IMG/VR virus record: IMGVR_UViG_3300037457_000038
Span: 1 to 64,000 of that record
Length of the DNA stretch: 64,000 nt
Direction: 5' to 3' (one strand)
Origin: a virus
In this document: positions 8,229 to 16,926 of the stretch, piece by piece
How the letters are laid out: the number at the start of each line of letters is the position of its first letter
Numbering within the stretch: position 1 is the stretch's first letter
Notes under the pieces: model-generated
What the model was told of the DNA's origin: nothing
The model's database searches: none
The model's input: only the letters and a program-made list of their open reading frames with translations
Position numbers and translations under genes: made by a program

Positions 8229-9580
8229 CCATCACGGCCGACGACACCACAGCCGTCGTCCGATACGAACCACGGGGAGCCGCCCGTGAACTCTTCCGGG
8301 AACGCCGATCGGAAGTCGTCCTGGCTGGCCCCGCGGGAACGGGCAAATCACTGGCAGCGCTCTTCCGCGTACACCTCGCCGCGCTCCACAACCCCGGGAT
8401 CCGCTGCCTCATCGTCCGCAAGACCGGCGTATCTCTAGGCTCCACCACGCTGGTGACGTACGAGAAGAAAGTCGCCGCGGACTCCCTCGCCCGCCGCATC
8501 GTGTCCTGGTTCGGCGGGTCCACCCGCGAAGCCGCCTGCTACCGCTACAGCAACGGCTCGGTAATCGTCGTCGGCGGCCTCGACAAACCCGAGAAGATCA
8601 TGTCCTCGGAGTACGACCTCGTCTTCGCCGACGAAGCAACCGAACTCACAGAGACAGACTGGGAATCCATCGGCACCCGGCTCCGCAACGGCATCCTGTC
8701 GTGGCAGCAACAGATCGCCGCCTGCAACCCCAGCTACCCCAAACACTGGCTCAAGCAGCGCTGCGACAAAGGCACAGCCCGGATGCTCGTCTCCCGACAC
8801 CGGGACAACCCCGCCTACGTGAACGCGGACGGCAGCCTGACCCCGGCAGGGGTCGACTACATGGCCAAGCTCGACGCCCTGAGCGGGGTACGCCGGCTCC
8901 GGCTGCGCGACGGAATCTGGGCAGCCGCCGAGGGCCTGATCTACGGGTGGTGGGACGACGCTGTCCACCTCATCGACCCGTTCACGGCCCCGAACTCGTG
9001 GACTCGGTGGATGTCCGTCGATTTCGGGTTCACCAACGCTTTCGTCTGGCAGGACTGGAGAGAGGACCCAGACGGACGGCTTTACCTGGTGCAGGAGATC
9101 TACCGAACCAAGCGCCTAGTGGAGGACCACGCAAGGCAGATCAAGGATTTGATGGCCTACCCATCGGGGCAGCAAAAGAGGCCACGCCCCCGGGCGATCG
9201 TGTGCGACCACGACGCGGAGGACCGGGCAACGTTGGAGAAGCATCTCGGCATGTCGACGGTGGCCGCGAAGAAGACGGTCAGCGACGGGATCCAGGCCGT
9301 GCAGTCTCGCCTGAAGACGCAGCCTGATGGCAAGCCCCGCCTGTTCATCATGCGCGACGCGTTGGTTGAGCGGGATCAGGAACTCGAAGAGGCGAAGAAG
9401 CCGATGTCCACGGTCGATGAGATCACCGGGTATGTGTGGGCAGTGAAGCCCGGAGCGGCTGGCGGATTGAAGGAGCAGCCAGTGAAAGAGAACGACCATG
9501 GCTGCGATGCCATGCGGTACATGGTCGCTCAGCGCGATCTGGTGGGACGGTCACGGGTGAGGTGGATGAACACGAAGTAG
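8225..9580 (+). CDS. terL: Terminase large subunit
   Basis: Walker A GPAGTGKS, Walker B FADEATE, CNP motif, nuclease DFG and DHGCDAMRY. Confidence 0.95.
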   Translation: MTITADDTTAVVRYEPRGAARELFRERRSEVVLAGPAGTGKSLAALFRVHLAALHNPGIRCLIVRKTGVSLGSTTLVTYEKKVAADSLARRIVSWFGGSTREAACYRYSNGSVIVVGGLDKPEKIMSSEYDLVFADEATELTETDWESIGTRLRNGILSWQQQIAACNPSYPKHWLKQRCDKGTARMLVSRHRDNPAYVNADGSLTPAGVDYMAKLDALSGVRRLRLRDGIWAAAEGLIYGWWDDAVHLIDPFTAPNSWTRWMSVDFGFTNAFVWQDWREDPDGRLYLVQEIYRTKRLVEDHARQIKDLMAYPSGQQKRPRPRAIVCDHDAEDRATLEKHLGMSTVAAKKTVSDGIQAVQSRLKTQPDGKPRLFIMRDALVERDQELEEAKKPMSTVDEITGYVWAVKPGAAGGLKEQPVKENDHGCDAMRYMVAQRDLVGRSRVRWMNTK

Positions 9581-9637
9581 CCGCCCGGGCAGACGGGCAG
9601 GGACAATGCTGACAGCCCCACCATCTAGGAGGTAGCG

Positions 9638-9814
9638 ATGACCAGCCTCATCGCCAGACTGGAGGCGGCCCGCACCGCGGTCCTCACCATCGCCGGGTTC
9701 TCCAGCCTCACCGCGTCCGCCTGGACCGTGTGGGGCACCGGCGCCGGGCTCGCCGGCGCGGGCGCGTCGCTGCTGCTGCTGGAGTTCCTGTCCGGTGAGG
9801 AGGCCAAGCGGTGA
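9638..9814 (+). CDS. Small membrane protein preceding portal (58 aa)
   Basis: RBS AGGAGG; two TM; TGA overlaps the portal GTG. Confidence 0.7.
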   Translation: MTSLIARLEAARTAVLTIAGFSSLTASAWTVWGTGAGLAGAGASLLLLEFLSGEEAKR

Positions 9815-11865
9815 GGTCACCACTAGGTTCGCTGCTGCGTAATAAGACGCCGGTGCCGTTTGTGTCCGCTGCCCGGGCCTTGTCGTTGCCGTGGGTGCAG
9901 CCGATGGGGCAGGAGGCGCAGATGCGCGCCATGGGCTCCGTCGGCACCCTGTTCTCCATCGTCAACCGAACCAGCAATGCGACGGCGCAGGTCAACTGGC
10001 GGCTCTACCGCAAAGCCGCGTCCGGGCTGAAAGAAGACCGTATCGAGGTCACCCGGCATGCGGCCCTCGATGTATGGAACAACCCGAACCCGTTCATGAC
10101 CAGGCAGGAGCTGGTCGAGGTCGGGCAGCAGCACATCGACCTGACAGGTGAGGGCTGGCTGACAGTCGCCTACAACCCGCGGTCCCCGATGCCGCTGGAG
10201 TTGTGGCCGGTGCGCCCGGACCGTATGGCGCCGGTGCCGCACCCCACCGATTTCATCAAAAGGTACGAGTACACGGGCCCGTCGGGCGAGAAGATCCCCC
10301 TCGAACTCAAAGAGGTGATCTTCATGCGGACCCCCAACCCGCTGGATCCGTACCGGGGTATGGGCGCGGTCCAGACGATCATGATCAGCCTCGATTCGGC
10401 GCAGGCCGCCGAGGAGTGGAACCGCAACTTCTTCCGCAACTCGGCCGAACCCGGCGGGATCATCGAAGTCCCCAACAGCCTGGAGGACGATGAGTTTGAT
10501 GAGATGACGGCCCGCTGGCAGGAGCAGCACCAGGGCGTCTCGAACGCGCACCGTATCGCTGTGCTGGAGCACGGCGCGAAGTGGGTTGAGCGTAAGTACA
10601 CGATGCGGGACATGCAGTTCGTTGAGCTGGGCAAAGCCAGCGACGACAAGATCATGAAGGCGTTCGGTGTCCCCGCGTTCGTCCTTGGTGAGGTCGGCGA
10701 CGTCAACCGCGCCACCGCCGAAGCGAGCAAAGTCCTCTTCGCCGAACTGCTGACCGTGCCGCGCCTGGAACGCTGGAAGCAAGCCCTCAACCACGACCTG
10801 CTGCCCCTGTACGGGCCGGGCACCGCGAACAGTCTGGAGTTCGACTACGACGACCCGGTCCCCCCGGACGCTACGGCCCGCAACGCCGAGCTGGAGACGA
10901 AGACTGCGGCGTACAAGACACTCATCGACGCCGGAGCTGAACCGCGGCTCGCGGTGGAGTATCTGGGGTTGCCGGATCTGGGCTACCTGCCGCCCGCCCC
11001 GGCCCCGGGTTCGGCTGTGGCTGTGCCTGCTGCGGCGTCGCGTCTGGACATTCACCACCACGCGCCGCAGGTGACAGCGCACGCTGTCCGGCGGCTGGCA
11101 CTCCCCGCTGCTCCCGCTGTCACCGCAGCCGGAGACGAGGACGTGGATGCGGAGGAAGTCCGCGAGCCACTCGACGACGCCCTCGAAGTACTCCTGGAGC
11201 GGTGGGAGGACATCGCCGACGCCCAGTACGAGGAACTCGCCGCCCAGATCAAGAAAGCCATCGACAAGAAAGACCCGGCCGCACTGGCCGACCTGACAGT
11301 CAGCACCGGGGACGCGGCGGATGTGCTGCGCGCCGCGCTCGCGGATATGGCCGAAGTGGGCGCCAAACAGATGGTGGCAGAGGCCGCCGAGCAGGGTGTG
11401 AAGGTCCGCAAGCCCCAGCTGTCGAAGGGACTGCGGAACGCGTTCGGCAGTGAGCTGGTGGAGATCGCGCAGGCCACTGCGACACTGCTGGGCTCGGATG
11501 TCGCGGGGTCGGCGGGGCGTGAGGCGCTGCGGTTGATGGTGCCGGGCGCTGACGGTGAGGGCGTCGCGGGACAGGTCGTCGGATTCCTGAAGGGGCTCAA
11601 AAACTGGTTCCGCCGTGACCAGCTGGGTGGGGCGCTGCACCGGGCGCAGAACGCGGGGCGGGTAGCGACGCTGGAGGCCGCACCGAAGGCCACATATTTT
11701 TCGGACGAGAGGCGAGACCGTAACACCTGCGGCCCATGTAAGGACATCGACGGCACAGAGTTCGAGGACCTGGCAGCAGCGAACGCGGCATACGCGACCG
11801 GCGGCTATCAGCTGTGCGAGGGCGGCGTGCGCTGCCGTGGCACGGTTGTAGCCCGCTGGGAGTAG
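9811..11865 (+). CDS. HK97-type portal protein fused to a MuF-like minor head domain
   Basis: PNP.MT, G.G, FFRN.A.PGGII, AFGVP portal motifs; C-terminal D..TCGPC...CRG. Confidence 0.9.
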   Translation: MRSPLGSLLRNKTPVPFVSAARALSLPWVQPMGQEAQMRAMGSVGTLFSIVNRTSNATAQVNWRLYRKAASGLKEDRIEVTRHAALDVWNNPNPFMTRQELVEVGQQHIDLTGEGWLTVAYNPRSPMPLELWPVRPDRMAPVPHPTDFIKRYEYTGPSGEKIPLELKEVIFMRTPNPLDPYRGMGAVQTIMISLDSAQAAEEWNRNFFRNSAEPGGIIEVPNSLEDDEFDEMTARWQEQHQGVSNAHRIAVLEHGAKWVERKYTMRDMQFVELGKASDDKIMKAFGVPAFVLGEVGDVNRATAEASKVLFAELLTVPRLERWKQALNHDLLPLYGPGTANSLEFDYDDPVPPDATARNAELETKTAAYKTLIDAGAEPRLAVEYLGLPDLGYLPPAPAPGSAVAVPAAASRLDIHHHAPQVTAHAVRRLALPAAPAVTAAGDEDVDAEEVREPLDDALEVLLERWEDIADAQYEELAAQIKKAIDKKDPAALADLTVSTGDAADVLRAALADMAEVGAKQMVAEAAEQGVKVRKPQLSKGLRNAFGSELVEIAQATATLLGSDVAGSAGREALRLMVPGADGEGVAGQVVGFLKGLKNWFRRDQLGGALHRAQNAGRVATLEAAPKATYFSDERRDRNTCGPCKDIDGTEFEDLAAANAAYATGGYQLCEGGVRCRGTVVARWE

Positions 11866-11903
11866 GACAGCCACCCCGGGCAGACGCACGGCATCATGGG
11901 CCT

Positions 11904-12110
11904 ATGAGCAACAAACTGGTGACTTTCGTCCGCGCACGGCTCGCCGGTATCCGCCCCGGCGTCCGGGCACCCAAGCCTGACCGCACCATCGAAATCCCCG
12001 GCCACGAACCGGGCGAACCGGCAGGGACCCTCGAATTCGACCGGCCCATCACCGAGGACGAGTACGAAGCGATCAAAGCACGCTGGCTCAAGCGCCACGG
12101 CAGGAGGTGA
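11904..12110 (+). CDS. 68-aa protein resembling the portal clip segment
   Basis: C-terminal 27 aa align ungapped with the portal segment encoded at about 10450-10530; no strong RBS. Confidence 0.55.
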   Translation: MSNKLVTFVRARLAGIRPGVRAPKPDRTIEIPGHEPGEPAGTLEFDRPITEDEYEAIKARWLKRHGRR

Positions 12111-12117
12111 GCCCGGC

Positions 12118-12315
12118 GTGATCAGCATCAGCTTCCCCGCCGAGCCAGACCCGGACCCCCACCCGCGGTACGAGGACTACCCCACCACCCGCGCATACGA
12201 GCAGGCATTCCACATGTGGCACGCCAGGCGCCGCGACGAACGGCTGACCGACGAAGAACGCCAGGCCGCCTTCGCTGTCACCGAGGACTACATCAAGAAC
12301 CGCCGCCTCGGGTAG
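12118..12315 (+). CDS. Hypothetical protein
   Basis: RBS GGAGGT; GC3-rich codons. Confidence 0.6.
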   Translation: MISISFPAEPDPDPHPRYEDYPTTRAYEQAFHMWHARRRDERLTDEERQAAFAVTEDYIKNRRLG

Positions 12316-12345
12316 TCGTCCCCCGCCCACCTTCCTTCGGATGGT

Positions 12346-12759
12346 TTACGAACTCTCCTCAGCCACGAGCTTGTCCAAGGCCTTGTTGAGGGTGTTGATG
12401 TACTCGTCGCTGGAGGGGACGGTCTCGGTGCGCCAGCTGAGCATGAAGCGGCCTGCGGGGTGGTGTTGACGTTCGCCGGCGCTGTTCATTTTCTCGGCCC
12501 AGCGGTTAGCGGCTTTAGCCGTCTTTAGTTCGCGGATGATGACGCGTTCGGTGTCGATGCGGGCGACTTCGGCGTTGGGGTGGTCTGATTCTTTGACGGG
12601 TGTTTCTCGTTGTTCGCCGAGTCCGACGGTGTGGGCGTCGCTGAGGTGGTCGGCGACTTTTTGGGCGGTGAGGCCGGTGTCGTCGCTGCTGGTGCCGCAT
12701 GCGGTGAGGGCGAGCAGCAGGACGGCGGATGCTGCTGTGGTGGTGTGTCGGGTTCGCAT
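12346..12759 (-). CDS. Lipoprotein
   Basis: Signal peptide with lipobox LTAC. Confidence 0.75.
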   Translation of the reverse strand: MRTRHTTTAASAVLLLALTACGTSSDDTGLTAQKVADHLSDAHTVGLGEQRETPVKESDHPNAEVARIDTERVIIRELKTAKAANRWAEKMNSAGERQHHPAGRFMLSWRTETVPSSDEYINTLNKALDKLVAEESS

Positions 12760-12834
12760 GTCGTGCACTGTTTCGGTGGGAGTGGGGGTTACCGGCGTGT
12801 AGATCGCGACTGTTACACGCCTACGACTCTGTCG

Positions 12835-13254
12835 TTACGTGCGAGCCGGAGTCTCCTCGCCCAGGGTGATGCCGAGTTCGGCCCGCAGGCGCCGCAACCG
12901 CTCCCACGGCAGACACCCATGCCGCCCGTCCGTGATCGCTTTCTGCACGCCCGGGTCCGTGGACTGGTAGGCGGCAGCCAGCAGGAGCAGCCAGTCCATG
13001 TCGGTCCATTTGGTGCCGCCGTGGTAGCAGCGGAGCAGGCTGGGGCGGAGGTGTTCGGGCTGGCCGCGGCTGGTGGGGCAGCCGAGTTCGACGAAGGCGG
13101 CGGAGTAGCGGCCGATGACGAGGTCGCAGTGTTCGTGATCGGTCGGTCGCTCGCGGATGGCTCGCTCGGCGTCCTCGGCCCTGTTGTAGCCGGGGTCGTT
13201 GACGGTGATCGCGGGGTCGTGGGAGAGGCAGAGAATGCGGTAGGTGCTGCTCAC
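12835..13254 (-). CDS. Hypothetical Cys/His-containing protein
   Basis: Translationally coupled in the reverse operon. Confidence 0.65.
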   Translation of the reverse strand: MSSTYRILCLSHDPAITVNDPGYNRAEDAERAIRERPTDHEHCDLVIGRYSAAFVELGCPTSRGQPEHLRPSLLRCYHGGTKWTDMDWLLLLAAAYQSTDPGVQKAITDGRHGCLPWERLRRLRAELGITLGEETPART

Positions 13255-13613
13255 GACACCACCACCGCGTCAGATGCGAGCCGCAGGCCCGTCCGCTCCA
13301 GGAACTCGTCCAGCTCGATGTCTATCGCTGGCGGCTCGTCGCAGTCTTCGAACCGGGCGGTGCGCCCGTCTGGCGGCACGGTCCAGCCGTCGGGGCCGGG
13401 TGCGTCGTAGGCGTCGACGGTGCCGATGCCCGATCGGTAGCGGAGGTACAGGTATTGGCCGCTGGTGGTCCAGGCGTCCCACTGGTTGGGGCAGGCGGCG
13501 CAGGTTTCGACGACGCGGGCGAGGACGATCGGCGGGTCTGGTTCGTCTCGGCATCCGCACTGGCAGTGCTCGTCGTCCTCGCGGTGCGGGACCAACTCTC
13601 CCCAGCGGCTCAC
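13251..13613 (-). CDS. Hypothetical protein (CPNQW...YLYLRYRSG)
   Basis: GTG start with RBS AAGGAG, overlapping the upstream stop. Confidence 0.65.
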   Translation of the reverse strand: MSRWGELVPHREDDEHCQCGCRDEPDPPIVLARVVETCAACPNQWDAWTTSGQYLYLRYRSGIGTVDAYDAPGPDGWTVPPDGRTARFEDCDEPPAIDIELDEFLERTGLRLASDAVVVS

Positions 13614-13897
13614 GGCTGCTCCTTCGGCATGAGGGCCCGCATGTACTCCGTGATATCCGCGTCGGTAAGCGGCGGCCCCGCGCCCGGGGTCGGACGGCAG
13701 TGGAGCATGCCCGGCTGGAGAGCCTCGTCGTACACGAGTGGCCAGCCGCAGGTTCGTGCCGCGTCGAGGAACTCGGGTGTGGCACGGGGCTCGACGGCTT
13801 TCGGGCGGAGGATGTCCTTCAGGAGGTCGAGGGTGGAGGGCTCGGCTGCGACTTCCTGGACAGGGTCGGTGCGGACGACGTAGATCTCCATGGTCAT
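13610..13897 (-). CDS. Hypothetical protein
   Basis: ATGA coupling; RBS GAGGA. Confidence 0.6.
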   Translation of the reverse strand: MTMEIYVVRTDPVQEVAAEPSTLDLLKDILRPKAVEPRATPEFLDAARTCGWPLVYDEALQPGMLHCRPTPGAGPPLTDADITEYMRALMPKEQP

Positions 13898-14244
13898 CGG
13901 TCGGTCCTCTTCGTGGTGTCGATGCCGAGCTTGGTCTCCAGTTCGCGGATCCGGGCTGCCATTTCAGCGCGGGACTGCGGCGGGTCGTGTGTGACGAACC
14001 GGATGACGCCCCAGCCGAGTAGCGCGACCGGCCAGAACACGGCGGCCAGGATGGCTCCGCCGATGGTCTCGACGCGGTCCCACTCGTTGAAATGCTGCAC
14101 GGGGTCTTCGCGGAAGTCGGCGGGCCTGCTGGCCTCTTTCTCGGCCCGCTTGTCGATGGCGTGGGCGCGGAGATGGCCGTAGATCGCACGTGCGGCGTAC
14201 AGGTTCGCGGCGATGTAGGCGGCGGTGACGAGAAGCGCGATCAT
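13894..14244 (-). CDS. Membrane protein
   Basis: Two TM segments, C-terminal coiled coil. Confidence 0.65.
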   Translation of the reverse strand: MIALLVTAAYIAANLYAARAIYGHLRAHAIDKRAEKEASRPADFREDPVQHFNEWDRVETIGGAILAAVFWPVALLGWGVIRFVTHDPPQSRAEMAARIRELETKLGIDTTKRTDR

Positions 14245-14492
14245 GATCGTTCTTTCCCGTCGGTGAGGGCATGGCATTCGTACTCGCCGGTAACGGTCGC
14301 GGTGTGGTGCTCCTTACCCGCACGCACAGCCTCAGCGGTCGCGATCCATCCGGTGTCCAACCCGCAGGTGCAGGTGGCGCGGGCGCGGCCTGTCCGCTCG
14401 TAGCGGGCGTACCCGTCCGGGTCGGGTTGGAGCGGGCGGGTCTCCTTCTCGAAACGCAGCACGTGAACGACGGGCGCGGTCTGGGCGGTCAC
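14241..14492 (-). CDS. Small zinc-binding hypothetical protein
   Basis: CTCG...EHH; RBS AAGGAG. Confidence 0.6.
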   Translation of the reverse strand: MTAQTAPVVHVLRFEKETRPLQPDPDGYARYERTGRARATCTCGLDTGWIATAEAVRAGKEHHTATVTGEYECHALTDGKERS

Positions 14493-15106
14493 GCTGTCTC
14501 CTTGGTGGTGGTTGCGCCGCACTCGACGCAGGTGAAGCCTGGCGGCGGTGCGTCCTGGCAGATGACGCAGGACCTACATGCATCACACGGCCAGTCGTCG
14601 CCCAGCAGCATGGGCAGCCGCACGCCAAGAACCGCTGCGATGAGCACCAGTTCATCGATACTGATCTCTCGCCGGCGGCTCCCGTCCGGGCGACGGCGAC
14701 CGCTTTCAATGTTGACGAGCGCGGGAGGCGTCAGCGATCGCATGCCAGCCTTCCCGCACTCTTCGGCGAGCCGTTCGCGACTCCAAGAACGGCGACGTCG
14801 AGCCGTCTTGATGCTCTCGGCCACTCGGTCAGAGACGGTGGACAGCGGCGTAATGTGCTCCGACGCTACGCCCTCCTGCTTGGCTTGGAAGACCCAACTC
14901 CGGACAGTGGAAGTCGCTACGCCACGTGCGTCTGCAATCGTTCGAGCTGGCGCTTTGTCGCCTCTGTGGCAAGCCGCCTGGTATTCCTGTGCCACCTCGG
15001 CCAGACGCACGAGCCGTCGCCACCTCTGTGCCGCCCCTGGCCCGGACTCGGGGGCAAGGTCGGGGTAACGGGCGCTGACCAGGTCCAGCGCGGACGTTGA
15101 GGTCAC
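14489..15106 (-). CDS. Dual HTH (HTH plus XRE) regulator with C-terminal Cys ribbon
   Basis: IADARGVATSTVRSWV; RRRRSWSRERLAEEC...IESG...ISIDEL; multiple CxxC. Confidence 0.75.
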   Translation of the reverse strand: MTSTSALDLVSARYPDLAPESGPGAAQRWRRLVRLAEVAQEYQAACHRGDKAPARTIADARGVATSTVRSWVFQAKQEGVASEHITPLSTVSDRVAESIKTARRRRSWSRERLAEECGKAGMRSLTPPALVNIESGRRRPDGSRRREISIDELVLIAAVLGVRLPMLLGDDWPCDACRSCVICQDAPPPGFTCVECGATTTKETA

Positions 15107-15384
15107 GCTGTCTCCTCCTCGGGTTCCAGTGCCTGCCGGGCCCTGTTGAGGAGATCGGCGTAGGCGATCGCGTGGTCCGTCGTCGGGTTCGCCTCCCCCA
15201 GCTCCCACCGGTACACGGTCGTCGGCGTCACCCCGAGGGCCTGCGCGAACTCCCGCAGCGGGATGCGTGCTTGGTGTCGGATGCGGGCCCGTTCGGCGGG
15301 TGGCGGGAGTTGCGCGGCGCGGATACGCCGCGCCAGCTGTTCGGCGGGTGAGGCGCCACCATCGTGCGCTGTGTATGGCTCCAT
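15103..15384 (-). CDS. XRE/Cro-family HTH regulator
   Basis: LREFAQALGVTPTTVYRWELGEANP. Confidence 0.85.
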   Translation of the reverse strand: MEPYTAHDGGASPAEQLARRIRAAQLPPPAERARIRHQARIPLREFAQALGVTPTTVYRWELGEANPTTDHAIAYADLLNRARQALEPEEETA

Positions 15385-15609
15385 GCAACAAGAGAGTACG
15401 CGAATACCTTGAAACACGCATTCATTGGTACCGCGTCACACGGAAAACACGCAACAACAAAGCAACGCCAGGCACAAAGAAAAGGAAAACCCGCGTAACC
15501 CCAGGTCAGAGGCATAATCGTCGCTCTTCAATAACCCCGCAATAGTGCACAATGAACCTGACCAACCCGCCCCCAAAACGCAAAAGGCGACGACGGGAGG
15601 CCACCGCGA
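15385..15609. promoter_or_regulatory. A-rich divergent promoter region
   Basis: Lower GC, two AAACACGCA copies, lies between divergent operons. Confidence 0.55.
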
Positions 15610-16926
15610 ATGAGCCGCACACGGCGGTGCCACAACACGGCAACCCCCGAACAACTCGCCCAACGCGCCCGCGCGACCCGGCCCGCGCTCCCAGGACCAG
15701 ACGGCGCCGAAACCTGGTACCGCATCTCGAACACCGTCGACGAAGGCGGCTCACCCGTCGCGTCGATGTACATCTACGGCGACGTTGGCTCGTGGGGAAT
15801 TTCAGCCTCCTCGTTTGTGGAAGAACTCAAGGCCATCGATGCGCCGGAGATCAGGCTGTACATCTCGTCCCCTGGGGGCGAAGTGTTCGACGGCTTGGCG
15901 GTCCACAACGCGCTGCGCTCGCACCGGGCCCGGGTCATCGTGCAGGTGGACAGCCTCGCCGCGTCTATCGCCTCGGTGATTGCAATGGCGGGCGACCGGA
16001 TCATCATGTCCCCGCATTCGCAGATGATGCTGCACATGGCGCAGGGCGTCTCCTGCGGGGAAGCGTCCGAACTCCGCGAGTACGCCGACTTCCTCGACCG
16101 GCAGAGTGAAAACCTCGCCGCCGTATACGCCGAGCGTGCGGGCGGGACCGTCAAGCAGTGGCTCAAGGTCATGGCTGCGGAAACCTGGTACTTCGCCGAC
16201 GAGGCAGTAGAAGCCGGACTGGCGGACGAGGTCGCCAAGCCCACGCGCATGGTCCCGGGCGAGGAAGAGGAAGCACGCGCGCTGGCCGCCTCGTGGGACC
16301 TGTCGGTGTACAACTACGCGCACACCAGCCGCGATGAGGCGCCCGCACCGGACGTCACCCCAACACCCGCACCCGCTGCACCCGCTGCACCCGCTGCACC
16401 CGCGCCCGTGCCTGTGGCCGCTGCGCCGAACCCGGTGTTCGACCCGGACGCGTTCCGCGCCGCCACCCTCGCATCGCTGGACCCGATGCCCGGCTACCAG
16501 CCCGGCCAGTTCCGCGACCTCATGGCAGGCGTAGCCGGAGACGCACCCGCAGCCCCTGCCGCCGAGCGTCCGGCCGTCGCATACGAACCACAGCCCACCG
16601 CCGAGCAGGAACCCGCCCCGGCACCGCAAGACGTCGCCGTCGGCTACTTCCGGTCCCTGTTCACCGCCGCCGCGAACGACGCACCCACCGCACCCACCAC
16701 CGCACCGGCCCCGGCCGCACCAGGCCCGCAAACGGTGTACGTGCCCACACCCCCGCCGCCCGCCGCGCAGGTCGTCGGCGACTACCTCCGCGCCGTCATC
16801 ACCGACGTCGCCAACCACGCACCCGCACCACCCGCACCCCCCGAGCCCGAACCGGCCGCGCCCGCACCTGTCAACACCGTTGACCGCACAGCTTTCGAAC
16901 GCGCCCTCAAGGAGGCACGCTTGTGA
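15610..16926 (+). CDS. ClpP-type prohead protease with Pro/Ala-rich scaffold-like tail
   Basis: ISSPGGEVFDG, AASIASVIAMAGD, MMLH, ETWY.A.EA..AGLAD. Confidence 0.92.
   Translation: MSRTRRCHNTATPEQLAQRARATRPALPGPDGAETWYRISNTVDEGGSPVASMYIYGDVGSWGISASSFVEELKAIDAPEIRLYISSPGGEVFDGLAVHNALRSHRARVIVQVDSLAASIASVIAMAGDRIIMSPHSQMMLHMAQGVSCGEASELREYADFLDRQSENLAAVYAERAGGTVKQWLKVMAAETWYFADEAVEAGLADEVAKPTRMVPGEEEEARALAASWDLSVYNYAHTSRDEAPAPDVTPTPAPAAPAAPAAPAPVPVAAAPNPVFDPDAFRAATLASLDPMPGYQPGQFRDLMAGVAGDAPAAPAAERPAVAYEPQPTAEQEPAPAPQDVAVGYFRSLFTAAANDAPTAPTTAPAPAAPGPQTVYVPTPPPPAAQVVGDYLRAVITDVANHAPAPPAPPEPEPAAPAPVNTVDRTAFERALKEARL

Noticed and set aside
9823-11889. Long antisense ORFs (also 26958-28559, 39788-41314, 51653-53188, 58781-60283)
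   Set aside because: Shadows of real genes in high-GC DNA; no motifs or RBS
16365-16405. GCACCCGCT tandem repeat as a regulatory element
   Set aside because: Simply encodes a Pro-Ala-Ala linker in the protease tail
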